Virus record (IMG/VR): IMGVR_UViG_3300012933_000030 | Span: 1-35,356 of that record | Source: a virus | Lineage: Duplodnaviria; Caudoviricetes | Reading direction: 5' to 3' (one strand) | Length of the DNA: 35,356 nucleotides | In this document: piece by piece, positions 8,019-17,799 of the stretch | How positions within the stretch are numbered: position 1 is the stretch's first letter | Layout of the letters: each line of letters opens with the position of its first letter | Program-made: the position numbers and the translations under genes | The notes under the pieces: generated by a model | Databases searched by the model: none | What the model saw: the letters and a program-made list of their open reading frames with translations, nothing else | What the model was told of the DNA's origin: nothing

Positions 8019-11000
8019 TTAACCACTTACATAGATACAAGCAATCTGTACAACCTCATCTGGTGAAGAAAAAGTTACTGCTTGACGGGCTTTTGCCACA
8101 GTATAAGCGTGGAACAAGTCATCGCCTTGCTTCATACCTTTGCCAGCCATGTCACTTGCACAGATCAAATCGCCAATCTCAATGTCGCCACCTTGACCGC
8201 AGACGTTTACCTTGCCTTCACCAATGGCGTTGATTCCAATTGGTCGGTAGGTGTCATATATGTCAGCAAATTCAGGCTTCATTACAAACAATGTATTTGT
8301 ACCGTCTGTGTTTTCAACATATTCACCCAAAGAGGCTGGCACAAATTGAGGGCCAGCAACGCCAGTAAACATTCCAACAACACCTTTTTGATTGGCTGAT
8401 GTGCTTACCGTCATGACTGTAATACAGTCGTTGATAGTTGGAGCGGCAATCAATTCAACGTCAACCATCAAATCACCAACTTCAGGTATTGTTTCTGTAA
8501 GAAGTTGTAAGGCATCGTGACCAGCGGTAAACGGATAAGCAGCACCACTAACGATGTAGTAAGCGTAAGAAGTTCCGCCCGTGTAATAGCCCAATCGAAT
8601 GTCAGCCGTAGGCGTACCAAGGTTGCCAGCACCAGCAGTTGTAAATTCACCACCAGCCGTTCCACTTCCCAATGTACCTTGGTTTTTGTATGTGCTAAAT
8701 GTTGAGTTGCCAGCACCCACGCCAACAACAGCAGCACCAGCGCCTGTGCCTGAGTTTGTAGTACCAGCACCAATTGTGTTAAACCCTGCTGTATTACCAG
8801 CAAGAATAGCGTACAACGTAGAACTAGAAGACGTAAAAGCACCAGCCGCTTGATAGCCACCAATTGCAGAACCAGTACCAAGGCCAAACGTACCATTGGT
8901 GTTAAACGTACCGCTTGTGTTGTTCTTGATTGAATCAATTAACAATGTATTAGCGGTGATAGTTCCACCATTGATATACGTTGTTGTTGTGCCGCTTGCG
9001 TTCTGTCCTGTAGACAAGTTGGTGAACGTCACCAAGCCGTTAAAGTTTTCCCAGTTGAACGGGCCAGTGATAACAGGTGTGTTCTGAGAGCCACCATAAG
9101 TTGCTTCAGAGAACACAACAGAGATTGCCCAAAACTTGTTATTGGCTGATGTGGTGCTTAATGAACCTGGGCTAAACGATGTTGACCAACCAGACGTACT
9201 GATTGACGCTGTGTTGGTTGAGAAGTTATAACTTACCTGACCCGTTGTTGGCGAGGTTGGTGCAGTCGCAACAGCCGTGTTGTAATAAAAGTAAATAAAT
9301 GAACTGCGTGGACCCGTGGCTCCAGTAGTTCCAGCACCCGTTGGACCCGTGGCTCCCGCTGGACCCGTTGGGCCAGTAGGCGCAATAGGTGTCCATACAA
9401 ATGCCGTACTCTTTGTACTCAATGTAGATTGACTGATTTCATTGCCAACAATGTAAGCAAAGTAGTAAGTGCCAGCCGCCAACTTCTGATTGGCAAACAC
9501 ATAGTATTGAGGCGTACCAGATGTGGAGTTTTGTACTGGTTGCGAGTTAACAGTCTCAGCAAAATCAAGTTGCTTCCAATCGGATGCCGCAGGACTTGCC
9601 ACAGTCGTATAGAACAACGAGCCAAAGGTTACACGACCTGTGATTGGAATGTAGATGCTGACGCTAAACGTAGGCGAACTAGCAGATGGGTAACCAGTTA
9701 CCGTTGGTGCAGCAAGCGCAGAGAAATAAACAGGTGATGGGTTACCACTGTTTGGCACAGGCACAAACGCTGTAATGTCTTTGTCGTCATAAACAGTTGC
9801 GTTGTATTCGGTGGCATCAATCTTTGCACCAAGCGTTCCATCAGCAAGTGAAACTTCATTTACACGAACAACACGGAATAGTTTATTAGTCCATCCATAA
9901 CCACTGTTGGTTACAGAAATAATATTTCCAGCATCAACTTGAATGCCGTAATACGTTGTGTTAAATGAAACAATTAAATCTTCACGCGCTTGCTCAAGGA
10001 TTCGATTGGCAATGTAATAAGCCTGTACGTTGTCGTTAACCAAATCAAAAGAAAGCGTTGCTTTGTTTACAGGTTCGTTTGGATACAGCAGACTTGGATT
10101 CAAAACAGCCAAGTCAAGATTGACATAAGCCGTTTGGTCTTTGTTGTCCCTGTTTGGAAACTTGGCCTCAACCACGTTTACAGAACTTGTAATGTCTGTT
10201 GCACTTACACGCAGTTCGCCAATGATGTTGTCATCATCAAACGAATACGCAGTTGAATCTGCTTTGTTAATAACAATAGACCACTTGCCAGTTGGTGGGC
10301 TGTATGCCATCCAACTATCACAAGCCGTAAGAATCTTATCTACGTTGCTCAATACGCTTTCACCAGCGTTAACAACGCCATTGATCTTGTAACGGCGCTG
10401 TGTTGCAGTACCACCACCACTAGGTGTGTATGTGATTAGTTGATCTGCATAAGTATTTAAAGCATCACGGGTTGTTGTATCAACATAATCAGCATCAATA
10501 GCGCCGCCGTAATATGGACTGGTCATGTAGTCATACCAAACATCGCCTGGTCGCGCACGATCTAATCCACCAAAGTTTTGTGAAACTTTAAATGTGATTG
10601 GCTGCAATTGTGTTGTTTGCGCTTCACGACTGTATTTCAATTTGACAATGGCAAAAGCCAAGCCATTCATTTGTCGTGTGCCTGTCCATTGGAAAGCAGA
10701 CACCAAACCAGAACCGCTACCCATCACAGTGCTTGGCATGATGGATGTGTTTACTGGTGTAATCGTTCCAGCGGCATTAGATGTGTAAAGATAAATTTCA
10801 AGATTGCCAGCAATTGTTGTATCTACGTTTGATGGGATTGCTTGGTCAGAAAGGCTTGCAACGCTTGCGCCTGTACCAAAGGTAATCAAACGATCACCGT
10901 AATACATTTTTGTTTGGTCAAATGTAAAAGTTCCATTTGGGCTAATCGTGCTGATTGCCAAAACGTAATACATTATATTTTGATCTTCATTTAAACACGC

Positions 11001-11231
11001 ATCAATGAACGTTCCGCCCAAATAAGCATCACCGTAAACAATAGGCAATGCGTTTGCTGTGTTTGGTGGGATTTGCTGTCTTGAACCTTGGTCTGTTTGG
11101 CCTGGTGGTTTCTCGCCAAAAATACGAGTAACTTGAACAGCGATTGCATAGTTAATAGCAAAAGTTGCCGCATACGCAACAAAGCCTTCAATGGCAAAAA
11201 ATTCTGCAACAACTGCTACTTCAACCATCAT
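8019..11231 (-). CDS. Tail tip / central fibre protein (lambda J-like) with probable C-terminal intramolecular chaperone
   Basis: 1070 aa; LPIVYG motif, tip-attachment-like middle region, short GPT collagen segment, C-terminal FTAGH...GEGKVNVC...GDIEIGDLI...YTVAK. Confidence 0.8.
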   Translation of the reverse strand: MMVEVAVVAEFFAIEGFVAYAATFAINYAIAVQVTRIFGEKPPGQTDQGSRQQIPPNTANALPIVYGDAYLGGTFIDACLNEDQNIMYYVLAISTISPNGTFTFDQTKMYYGDRLITFGTGASVASLSDQAIPSNVDTTIAGNLEIYLYTSNAAGTITPVNTSIMPSTVMGSGSGLVSAFQWTGTRQMNGLAFAIVKLKYSREAQTTQLQPITFKVSQNFGGLDRARPGDVWYDYMTSPYYGGAIDADYVDTTTRDALNTYADQLITYTPSGGGTATQRRYKINGVVNAGESVLSNVDKILTACDSWMAYSPPTGKWSIVINKADSTAYSFDDDNIIGELRVSATDITSSVNVVEAKFPNRDNKDQTAYVNLDLAVLNPSLLYPNEPVNKATLSFDLVNDNVQAYYIANRILEQAREDLIVSFNTTYYGIQVDAGNIISVTNSGYGWTNKLFRVVRVNEVSLADGTLGAKIDATEYNATVYDDKDITAFVPVPNSGNPSPVYFSALAAPTVTGYPSASSPTFSVSIYIPITGRVTFGSLFYTTVASPAASDWKQLDFAETVNSQPVQNSTSGTPQYYVFANQKLAAGTYYFAYIVGNEISQSTLSTKSTAFVWTPIAPTGPTGPAGATGPTGAGTTGATGPRSSFIYFYYNTAVATAPTSPTTGQVSYNFSTNTASISTSGWSTSFSPGSLSTTSANNKFWAISVVFSEATYGGSQNTPVITGPFNWENFNGLVTFTNLSTGQNASGTTTTYINGGTITANTLLIDSIKNNTSGTFNTNGTFGLGTGSAIGGYQAAGAFTSSSSTLYAILAGNTAGFNTIGAGTTNSGTGAGAAVVGVGAGNSTFSTYKNQGTLGSGTAGGEFTTAGAGNLGTPTADIRLGYYTGGTSYAYYIVSGAAYPFTAGHDALQLLTETIPEVGDLMVDVELIAAPTINDCITVMTVSTSANQKGVVGMFTGVAGPQFVPASLGEYVENTDGTNTLFVMKPEFADIYDTYRPIGINAIGEGKVNVCGQGGDIEIGDLICASDMAGKGMKQGDDLFHAYTVAKARQAVTFSSPDEVVQIACIYVSG

Positions 11232-11677
11232 GTACCCCTAAAGAACTTGGCTTCAATTGCTGAATAGCCACGTTTTGTGAAATCCGTAAAAGTAGATTTT
11301 GCAGTCACAGATGTGAACACCAAATCTACTTTCTTTTCTTCAAGTAGTTGCGTGGCGATTTCATCAAAAGCCTTCCACAACCTACCACTTAAAACACCTC
11401 TGAATTCAGGCTCAACCCACCACATCAATTGATGCAACTCAGTAACCTTTGGACACCAAATGTTTTGTGATCTTACGGCAATAAAACAACCTCGCATATT
11501 CTTGTCAATCAAAATGAACCCACGGCCCATGATGATGTTGAACAACAATTGCTCAATGTGTTTTACGTCATGTAATTCTGTGTTTCCAAATAACTTGATG
11601 TTTGGATTTTCAAGAGCGTATTGCTCAATCATTTCTATCAATCTTGGAATGTTGTATCTTGTTGCTTTATAAATCAT
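11228..11677 (-). CDS. GNAT-fold acetyltransferase-like protein in the tail module
   Basis: WWVEPEFRG (acetyl-CoA-binding motif A-like) and C-terminal KRGYSAIE. Confidence 0.65.
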   Translation of the reverse strand: MIYKATRYNIPRLIEMIEQYALENPNIKLFGNTELHDVKHIEQLLFNIIMGRGFILIDKNMRGCFIAVRSQNIWCPKVTELHQLMWWVEPEFRGVLSGRLWKAFDEIATQLLEEKKVDLVFTSVTAKSTFTDFTKRGYSAIEAKFFRGT

Positions 11678-11679
11678 TC

Positions 11680-12354
11680 TTAACCACCGTCAACGGTTTG
11701 ACTATTCAACGCAACTTCAGCGGCAGCAGCATTAGCCGCTTGTGTTGCTTGTGTCTTCCATTTTGGATAAACACCAAAGTCAAAATATGTACTTTGAATT
11801 TCAGCAACACGGCTCATTGATGTGTCGTTTGGATAAAACGATTGCCAACTAACCACGTTAGTCTTAACGCCTGAAATACGATTTTCCAAAATTTTACGCA
11901 TACTAGAACAAGAAATTGAACAAGTAGCAATTCGCATCCTTGCTTGTTCATCATAATTTTCTGTAATGCTTACGTTGTTAATGATGCCTTGATAACGCTT
12001 AAAGAATTGCGTTGTAGGCGTTGTAATGATCTGGTTGTTTGAATCCAAGAACCCGCGCCAGATTTCAACAATAGAACCTTTAACATCAGCCGACAAAATG
12101 ATTGAGATGTTGTCAGGGTTTAAACCTGTCAATGCAATTGCCATGTCATCGCTGGTTGCTTTAATGTCGCGCTGAACATCACCAATAGACAAAAGAGAGC
12201 CAAGGTCAACGTATGTTGTGCCGTCAATAGTGATAGGACCACCAGCATTACAGTAAGTGTAAACAGCAGTTGGAGAACCCAAAGGACCAATTGAAAGTTT
12301 TACAAATTCAGCATGGCGAATTGATGGGCTGTTAAGCGCGTTCATTGTTGTCAT
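11680..12354 (-). CDS. Tail tip / baseplate hub protein (minor tail L-like position)
   Basis: Position after the distal tail gene; patterns LGSLLSIG, GSIVEIWRGF and FDFG. Confidence 0.6.
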   Translation of the reverse strand: MTTMNALNSPSIRHAEFVKLSIGPLGSPTAVYTYCNAGGPITIDGTTYVDLGSLLSIGDVQRDIKATSDDMAIALTGLNPDNISIILSADVKGSIVEIWRGFLDSNNQIITTPTTQFFKRYQGIINNVSITENYDEQARMRIATCSISCSSMRKILENRISGVKTNVVSWQSFYPNDTSMSRVAEIQSTYFDFGVYPKWKTQATQAANAAAAEVALNSQTVDGG

Positions 12355-12947
12355 ACGATGTATTCCCTAAAAACAAATGGACCATCCCATTGCACATAAG
12401 CGCCGTCAGCAGTTGGGTTAAGTGTATACGTTGGGCATGATTCAGCCACAACATAAAAACTTACATCATTACCAAGCGTAACTGTAGCGCCTGACGCTGG
12501 CGTACCAATCAAAGGTCGATGGATGCCAACAGATGAACCAGCAGAGTCAGCGGTTACCTTGTAGACATATCCACCTACCTCAATAAAGTCACCAGCCTTA
12601 AACGTACCGTTTGAAGTCAATGCAAGCGTTTGTGTGTTTGGCGTTGGTGTGCCATTTAATACAGCCGTTGTTGCAGTACCGCGCATTGCTGTAAACCAAT
12701 CAAGGTTTGTAGAATCAAACGTGATGTACTCAGGGTTTTGACGGTCAGCATTATCAATGGATTGGATAATGTCACGCACTTGTGGGTAGTACAAAAAGTT
12801 ATGCGGTGTGATGGTGAACACCCAAGGCACAGCCGTTAGGTATTGCGCCACAGTGATGTAACCAGACCGAGCCACTTGCTGACCAACAGTTCTACGGTTG
12901 TTCACCGTCATTGACTGTTGTATGTCAACGATTGTTTGAAAAGACAT
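12351..12947 (-). CDS. Distal tail protein
   Basis: Immediately follows tape measure with overlapping stop/start; FKAGDFI...YKVTAD insertion domain and terminal F.E motif. Confidence 0.6.
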   Translation of the reverse strand: MSFQTIVDIQQSMTVNNRRTVGQQVARSGYITVAQYLTAVPWVFTITPHNFLYYPQVRDIIQSIDNADRQNPEYITFDSTNLDWFTAMRGTATTAVLNGTPTPNTQTLALTSNGTFKAGDFIEVGGYVYKVTADSAGSSVGIHRPLIGTPASGATVTLGNDVSFYVVAESCPTYTLNPTADGAYVQWDGPFVFREYIV

Positions 12948-14845
12948 TAAGACCTCCCGCCGACAGCGGCTAGTGATTTATTGGCGTATTGGTTAGCAGC
13001 CCAAATAGCGTTTGAACTTGTAAACAAGCGTTGCTCAAAACTCTTTGTATCAATTGCATTGATTGTAAAGTTGTTGACTGTTTTATTTCCACCACCGCCT
13101 GATTGCATACGGTTGTTTGGAATGATTGTTCCAGAACCTTGTGGGATAAACATTTCAGGACCACGTTCGCCAACCATGTATGGAGTGTTTGAATTTACAT
13201 AACCACCATCTGCTTTTGGTTGCATTGGACCAACAAATGAACTAGAACCAGGTGTGTACTTACCGCCGCCAAACATCATCATTAACATAGATGATGCTTG
13301 CGCCTTCATTTGAATAGCAATCAAATCACGGATGATGCTGCTTGCAAGACTGCTGAATGAAAGTTTGCCAGTGCGTACAAAGTTTTCAATTGCTGCATTC
13401 ATGTTGCCAGTAACAGTTTGAAAAACCTCTTGCCCACGTTTTGCGGCGTTTTCTGAATCTTCCATGTATTGAGCAAATGCTTGATTCCAACCAAATGCAA
13501 AAGTGTTTTGCTCTGCTTGAATGGCTTTAATTTCTGCCTCTGTTGCAGCAATAAAGAAATCACTGCGTTCGGCAATAATGTCTTTTTGGTTTTGCAATTC
13601 TTTAGCAAGTTCCAACTCGCCTTTAATAATTGCATCTTGGCGTTTGCTTTCAATTGCTTCTAATTTTTGTTCGCGTTGTTCACGCATTTGCATCATTGCT
13701 TCGGCAACTTGACGTTCTTTTTCCGTCATGCCGTTTAACTCAGCCTTACGGCGAATCTGATCTAAATCAAATTGTGATTGGCGCTCATATTCAACAGATA
13801 GTTTTTTAGCCATCTCAATGGCTTCAAGCATCCGTTTGCGCTTTTCATCTTCTGGGTTTTTTGCTTCTGTTACTTGACGGCCAGCAAATTTAGGTTTTGC
13901 TTTTGGCTCTGGTTTTTCATCAGACCAAATGCTGTCACGAAACTCTATGTTTTTCTTAATTAGTTCGCCAATACGCTTGTTGTATTTTTCATATTCTTCT
14001 GCAACTGTTGCATCTGTAAACAAAGCAACAATGGCATTTTTAAGAAAGATGGTTGCCTCAACCAAACTCATTACAACCGTATAAGCAGTATGGAAAGAGT
14101 CAGCAATAAATTTGACTGCAAACTTGGTTACATCCATTAGCACTTCCATGCCACGGCTGTCTTCTGCCAACGCATCGTAAACTTTTAACAATGTTGGAAT
14201 AACAGCATTAGTAAACGACAAACTCATAGCAGTACCAGCCGCTTCTAATTTGTCGTTTAATTCCGCAGCCATTTCAACAGCAGCAGCATATTCTTTAAAC
14301 TTTTCTTTTGCCTCGTCAGCGCCTTCTGCCAACCCTACAAAGTCAACACCCTTTGCGGCTTTGCCAAACATAGTGGTTGCAAGCGCAGCCCTTGCAGCAG
14401 GGTCTTCAATAGCGGCAATGGCTTTGACTGTTTTATCAAACAAATCCTCAGTGCCTAGTTCACCCAAATCTTTTAAAGTAACGCCAACACGGGCAAACGC
14501 TTTTTGAGCAGCCAATGAACCTTGTGCCGCTTCATCAACTTGGGCGCTAAATGTTGCCAACAATTTGCCAGCATCATCTGCGTTGCCACCGTTTTGCTGC
14601 AAGCCTTTGCTTAATGCAATGACAGACGAAACAGCAACATCACTTGCTTTGGCGGCATCAGAAACAGCATCGGCATATTGCAATGCTTTGTAGGTTGCTG
14701 CTGTAAATGCTGCTGCGGCAACGACACCCATTTGTGGGAGTTTTGCGGCAAATTTAGTAAGTGATTTGTCAGCAGATTCAAGTCCTTGTTTGAACTCGCC
14801 AGAATCCAAACCAAGAACAACACCTAACCGCGCCAGCATACCCAT
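12947..14845 (-). CDS. Tail tape measure protein (lambda-family C-terminus)
   Basis: Ala-rich helical 632 aa; LGLDSGEF N-terminus, FVRTGKLSFSSLASSII, and ADGG...YMVGERGPEMFIP motif. Confidence 0.92.
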   Translation of the reverse strand: MGMLARLGVVLGLDSGEFKQGLESADKSLTKFAAKLPQMGVVAAAAFTAATYKALQYADAVSDAAKASDVAVSSVIALSKGLQQNGGNADDAGKLLATFSAQVDEAAQGSLAAQKAFARVGVTLKDLGELGTEDLFDKTVKAIAAIEDPAARAALATTMFGKAAKGVDFVGLAEGADEAKEKFKEYAAAVEMAAELNDKLEAAGTAMSLSFTNAVIPTLLKVYDALAEDSRGMEVLMDVTKFAVKFIADSFHTAYTVVMSLVEATIFLKNAIVALFTDATVAEEYEKYNKRIGELIKKNIEFRDSIWSDEKPEPKAKPKFAGRQVTEAKNPEDEKRKRMLEAIEMAKKLSVEYERQSQFDLDQIRRKAELNGMTEKERQVAEAMMQMREQREQKLEAIESKRQDAIIKGELELAKELQNQKDIIAERSDFFIAATEAEIKAIQAEQNTFAFGWNQAFAQYMEDSENAAKRGQEVFQTVTGNMNAAIENFVRTGKLSFSSLASSIIRDLIAIQMKAQASSMLMMMFGGGKYTPGSSSFVGPMQPKADGGYVNSNTPYMVGERGPEMFIPQGSGTIIPNNRMQSGGGGNKTVNNFTINAIDTKSFEQRLFTSSNAIWAANQYANKSLAAVGGRS

Positions 14846-14848
14846 AGA

Positions 14849-15202
14849 TTACTCCTCAAAAAGATTGGTGGGAGCATTAGGAGCCATTTGCATAAACTGC
14901 ATTAGGCTTTCACTTACCTTGTTAGCCTTCACGCTTTCAGGCAATGGAGGATAAAGATATTCATGCACCCTTGGAATCATGTCTTGTAGTGTATAGGCGC
15001 GTTGATTTTCTGGCCTGATGTAATTGTAAATTGCGCCCTTCAAACTTCCAAGCGTTTCTAACAATCCACGGTTGCCAATCATCCCATCCACATACATTAT
15101 GCAAATGTCTGTGAATGTTTCTTCATCTATCCCATCAGGGTCAGTTCCGTGAGCAGTCAAATACGCTTTGACCTGTCTACGGACTGACCCAGTTATTTTC
15201 CC
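14849..15202 (-). CDS. Tail assembly chaperone GT extension, expressed by -1 frameshift
   Basis: The -1 frame from G GGA AAA (15202-15196) reads GKITGSVRRQVKAYLTAHGTDPDG, continuous with ORF 14849..15160. Confidence 0.8.
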   Translation of the reverse strand, partial: GKITGSVRRQVKAYLTAHGTDPDGIDEETFTDICIMYVDGMIGNRGLLETLGSLKGAIYNYIRPENQRAYTLQDMIPRVHEYLYPPLPESVKANKVSESLMQFMQMAPNAPTNLFEE

Positions 15203-15681
15203 TTTTGAGCCTCGTAATTGGGAGAAATTGTTTTACTAATTTCCTCGACCAATTGCAATTGAACAGCAAATGGGAAAAGTTCTTCAACCATTGCGTATGT
15301 AATCGTACTCATGTCAAAGCCTGATTCTTCTGGCACAAGCATTTTGAACATTTCTGTAATACGGTTTTCAGCGATCACCTTGTTCTTTGCCGCCTCACGC
15401 ATAGAACGACCATCAAGAATTACATCATTCTCAAGCCATTCACATTTAATGGTTTGATCTTTTTCACCTCGGTATTTTTCCAAATCTTTAGTCAGGTCTT
15501 TGTAATACTGTTCGACTTTTGATTCGTCTAATACTTTCATGCGTTCTTGCATGAGTTCAAATTCAACGGTCAATGGGACTTTGACTTTGAATGTATGACC
15601 ACCAAGCGTGAATGATCGTGTGCGTACTTTATCTTTGTTCTTAACAAAGTCTTTACCAAATGCTGATGCTAGTTTGCTCAT
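15193..15681 (-). CDS. Tail assembly chaperone (lambda G analogue)
   Basis: Lies before tape measure; ends in slippery GGGAAAA directly followed by TAA. Confidence 0.8.
   Translation of the reverse strand: MSKLASAFGKDFVKNKDKVRTRSFTLGGHTFKVKVPLTVEFELMQERMKVLDESKVEQYYKDLTKDLEKYRGEKDQTIKCEWLENDVILDGRSMREAAKNKVIAENRITEMFKMLVPEESGFDMSTITYAMVEELFPFAVQLQLVEEISKTISPNYEAQKGK
15196..15202 (-). promoter_or_regulatory. Programmed -1 ribosomal frameshift site GGGAAAA
   Basis: X XXY YYZ heptamer in the correct frame (lambda uses GGGAAAG). Confidence 0.85.
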
Positions 15682-15684
15682 GTT

Positions 15685-16215
15685 TTATCCTTTTGTGGCT
15701 TTACGGGCCTGTCTTGCTTTGTATTTATCAATAGCAGTTTTGATTTGCTCTGATAAGTTATTCACGATTAACCCAGAATTGCTTTCAAGGGCTGACCGTA
15801 AAAATGGTTGAGGTGATACTTTAGCAGTTCCAAATTCTGCTGCAATAGCCCTTGCATCACTATCAATGCCTTTTTGACGCTTGCCTGTACGTTCGTTTTT
15901 AAAACTTCTTTTTGCCAGCACTTTGCCAGGTGCAGTAGTCACAGTAGCAATGACCACATCGCCTTCATCAATGTACTTGGATGCCTTGTGCTTACGGGTT
16001 GGCTTTCTAGCCTCTATACGCAACGATGCGCGTAGTGCGCCAGTATCAATAGGCACGTTGGCTTTGGCAGTCTCTAAGGCTGGTTTCATGGCTTGCCTGA
16101 CTGCGCTAACAAGAATGTTCTTTGAGTCTTTTGGCCCAAAGTCTGCAATCATGTCTTTTAAGACACTACTTAATTCTTCAGCGCCAACAATGCCAACTGA
16201 AAACGTCTTAGCCAT
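15685..16215 (-). CDS. HK97 gp10-like tail completion protein
   Basis: PIDTGALRASL and EFGTAKVSPQPFLRSAL motifs. Confidence 0.85.
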   Translation of the reverse strand: MAKTFSVGIVGAEELSSVLKDMIADFGPKDSKNILVSAVRQAMKPALETAKANVPIDTGALRASLRIEARKPTRKHKASKYIDEGDVVIATVTTAPGKVLAKRSFKNERTGKRQKGIDSDARAIAAEFGTAKVSPQPFLRSALESNSGLIVNNLSEQIKTAIDKYKARQARKATKG

Positions 16216-16442
16216 CATTCACCCTTGACGAGTTTTTGAAATACGGCGTTATTCAGTTTTACAACAAAGTCTGCAATTTCCTCTGGTGTCATCTTATCGG
16301 CATGAACCTTGGCAATTTCGTAGGCAAGATGAATGCCAACAATGCGCTGTTGTGGAAATCCAAACCAATTCTTTTGACCAGAATTAGCCATTGTCACAAT
16401 GTATGACAGAAGGTCTTGGGAGTTTTGTATTTGTGTTGTCAT
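16215..16442 (-). CDS. Hypothetical protein
   Basis: 75 aa ORF filling the gap between the tail tube terminator and the gp10-like gene, overlapping that gene's start. Confidence 0.6.
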   Translation of the reverse strand: MTTQIQNSQDLLSYIVTMANSGQKNWFGFPQQRIVGIHLAYEIAKVHADKMTPEEIADFVVKLNNAVFQKLVKGE

Positions 16443-16444
16443 GT

Positions 16445-16466
16445 AAAAAAAGCCCCGAGGGGCTTT
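16445..16466 (-). terminator. Rho-independent terminator after the major tail gene
   Basis: Minus strand AAAGCCCC-TC-GGGGCTTTTTTT: GC hairpin followed by a U7 tract. Confidence 0.8.
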
Positions 16467-16468
16467 CC

Positions 16469-16990
16469 TTAGTCGTTAGACCAACCGTAGGAGTTGCCGC
16501 CCACTGGGTGAATTGTAAAGATCATCTTGCTTTCAGCAGATGGAGACAAGTCCCATTGCAAGCCACCAACGCGAGCGTTGAAAGCGTAAGCAACAGTGTT
16601 AGTGCCGTCATACACAGCGACCACAAAGGTACGGATGATTTGACCGCTGTAGCCGTCAGCGCGGATTTGCAACAAAGCAGTATCAGCAGGGTTCCAAGCA
16701 GCAGTAATCTGCATCGAGGTCACTTGGTTCTGAGTGGTGATCTTTGCACCAGTACGAGCGCCAGCAATAGAGTAAGTTGCAGATGCGTCATCAGAGCCAA
16801 AAGCAGGGATTGCTTCAACTGGAACTTGTACACCAGCAGTGCCAGTGCCGCCAGCAGTTGTGCCAACAATGGTTTCAACTTGTGATGCCCAAGTGCCTAA
16901 TTGAGCGTCAGTCAACGGTGTTGGGGTTGCATCGTCTTGCATCCACATCGTTGCTACATAACCAGGTAAGACTTTGTTAATGAGTGCCAT
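16469..16990 (-). CDS. Major tail (tube) protein
   Basis: Follows the tail terminator gene; AAGGA SD; followed by a terminator; beta-rich 173 aa. Confidence 0.75.
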   Translation of the reverse strand: MALINKVLPGYVATMWMQDDATPTPLTDAQLGTWASQVETIVGTTAGGTGTAGVQVPVEAIPAFGSDDASATYSIAGARTGAKITTQNQVTSMQITAAWNPADTALLQIRADGYSGQIIRTFVVAVYDGTNTVAYAFNARVGGLQWDLSPSAESKMIFTIHPVGGNSYGWSND

Positions 16991-17032
16991 TTTTAAGATT
17001 CCTTTAAAAGAGATTGGTTCAAAATTCTTGTC

Positions 17033-17458
17033 TTATGTTGGAATGTCCATTGTGCAATCCAGAATGACTTGGTTCAAACCCAGAGCATCGTCATAGGTGT
17101 TGTAGAGCCAAACCACTTCTACTTTAGCCACCCAAAAACCATTGGTTGCTGGATTGCCAAATGCGCCTGAATAGCCATTGAGTGATTGTATGACTTGATT
17201 AGCCAAATTGAAAGTGTCATCCATGTCTTTAGCAAAGACGGACACTTGGAAAATTGGGCGATCAATGCCTTTGTTGCTTTGCGTCTGACCCGTGTAAACA
17301 GGCTGATGTACGTTCCGCAAATTCCATGTCAAAAAGCCAGAACCTTGCGTAGCCCAATTTCGGTTGAAGTTGGCATAGACAGGTTTAGGCGTAACAATGC
17401 TTGCCAGTTGGTACTGGATGCACTGTGCGTAGACGGCTGGATTTTGTTGTGTACTCAT
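17033..17458 (-). CDS. Tail terminator / completion protein (DUF3168-like)
   Basis: FQVSVFAKD...LANQVIQSLNGY pattern; synteny. Confidence 0.7.
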   Translation of the reverse strand: MSTQQNPAVYAQCIQYQLASIVTPKPVYANFNRNWATQGSGFLTWNLRNVHQPVYTGQTQSNKGIDRPIFQVSVFAKDMDDTFNLANQVIQSLNGYSGAFGNPATNGFWVAKVEVVWLYNTYDDALGLNQVILDCTMDIPT

Positions 17459-17799
17459 ACTGGTGTCGCAGGGTCGTTACGATAACAAAGCAGCGTTACT
17501 TTCATACGGTCATTTGATTCGCGAATGTCTGTAATCCGCCAATCGTAACCGCGCCAGTTGACCGCATACAAGTTCTGGTTGTCCACAATCTGACGAATGT
17601 TAGGCGTGTAGTTGACTGTAATATTTACAAGGTCTTGGTACACGCGATAACGCTCAGAGATACGCAAACTGTTTGACACATCAGCCACACGCCCACGGGT
17701 TTCAAACCAAGGAGTTAGCGTGGTGGTGTACTGACCATAAGCATCAGTACCGTTCACCACGTTGTTGATTGTTAGGTTCTCGTATCGTGCGATTGACAT
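17455..17799 (-). CDS. Head closure / head-tail adaptor (SPP1 gp16-like)
   Basis: Size, synteny and WRGYDWRITDI...LLC pattern. Confidence 0.7.
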   Translation of the reverse strand: MSIARYENLTINNVVNGTDAYGQYTTTLTPWFETRGRVADVSNSLRISERYRVYQDLVNITVNYTPNIRQIVDNQNLYAVNWRGYDWRITDIRESNDRMKVTLLCYRNDPATPV

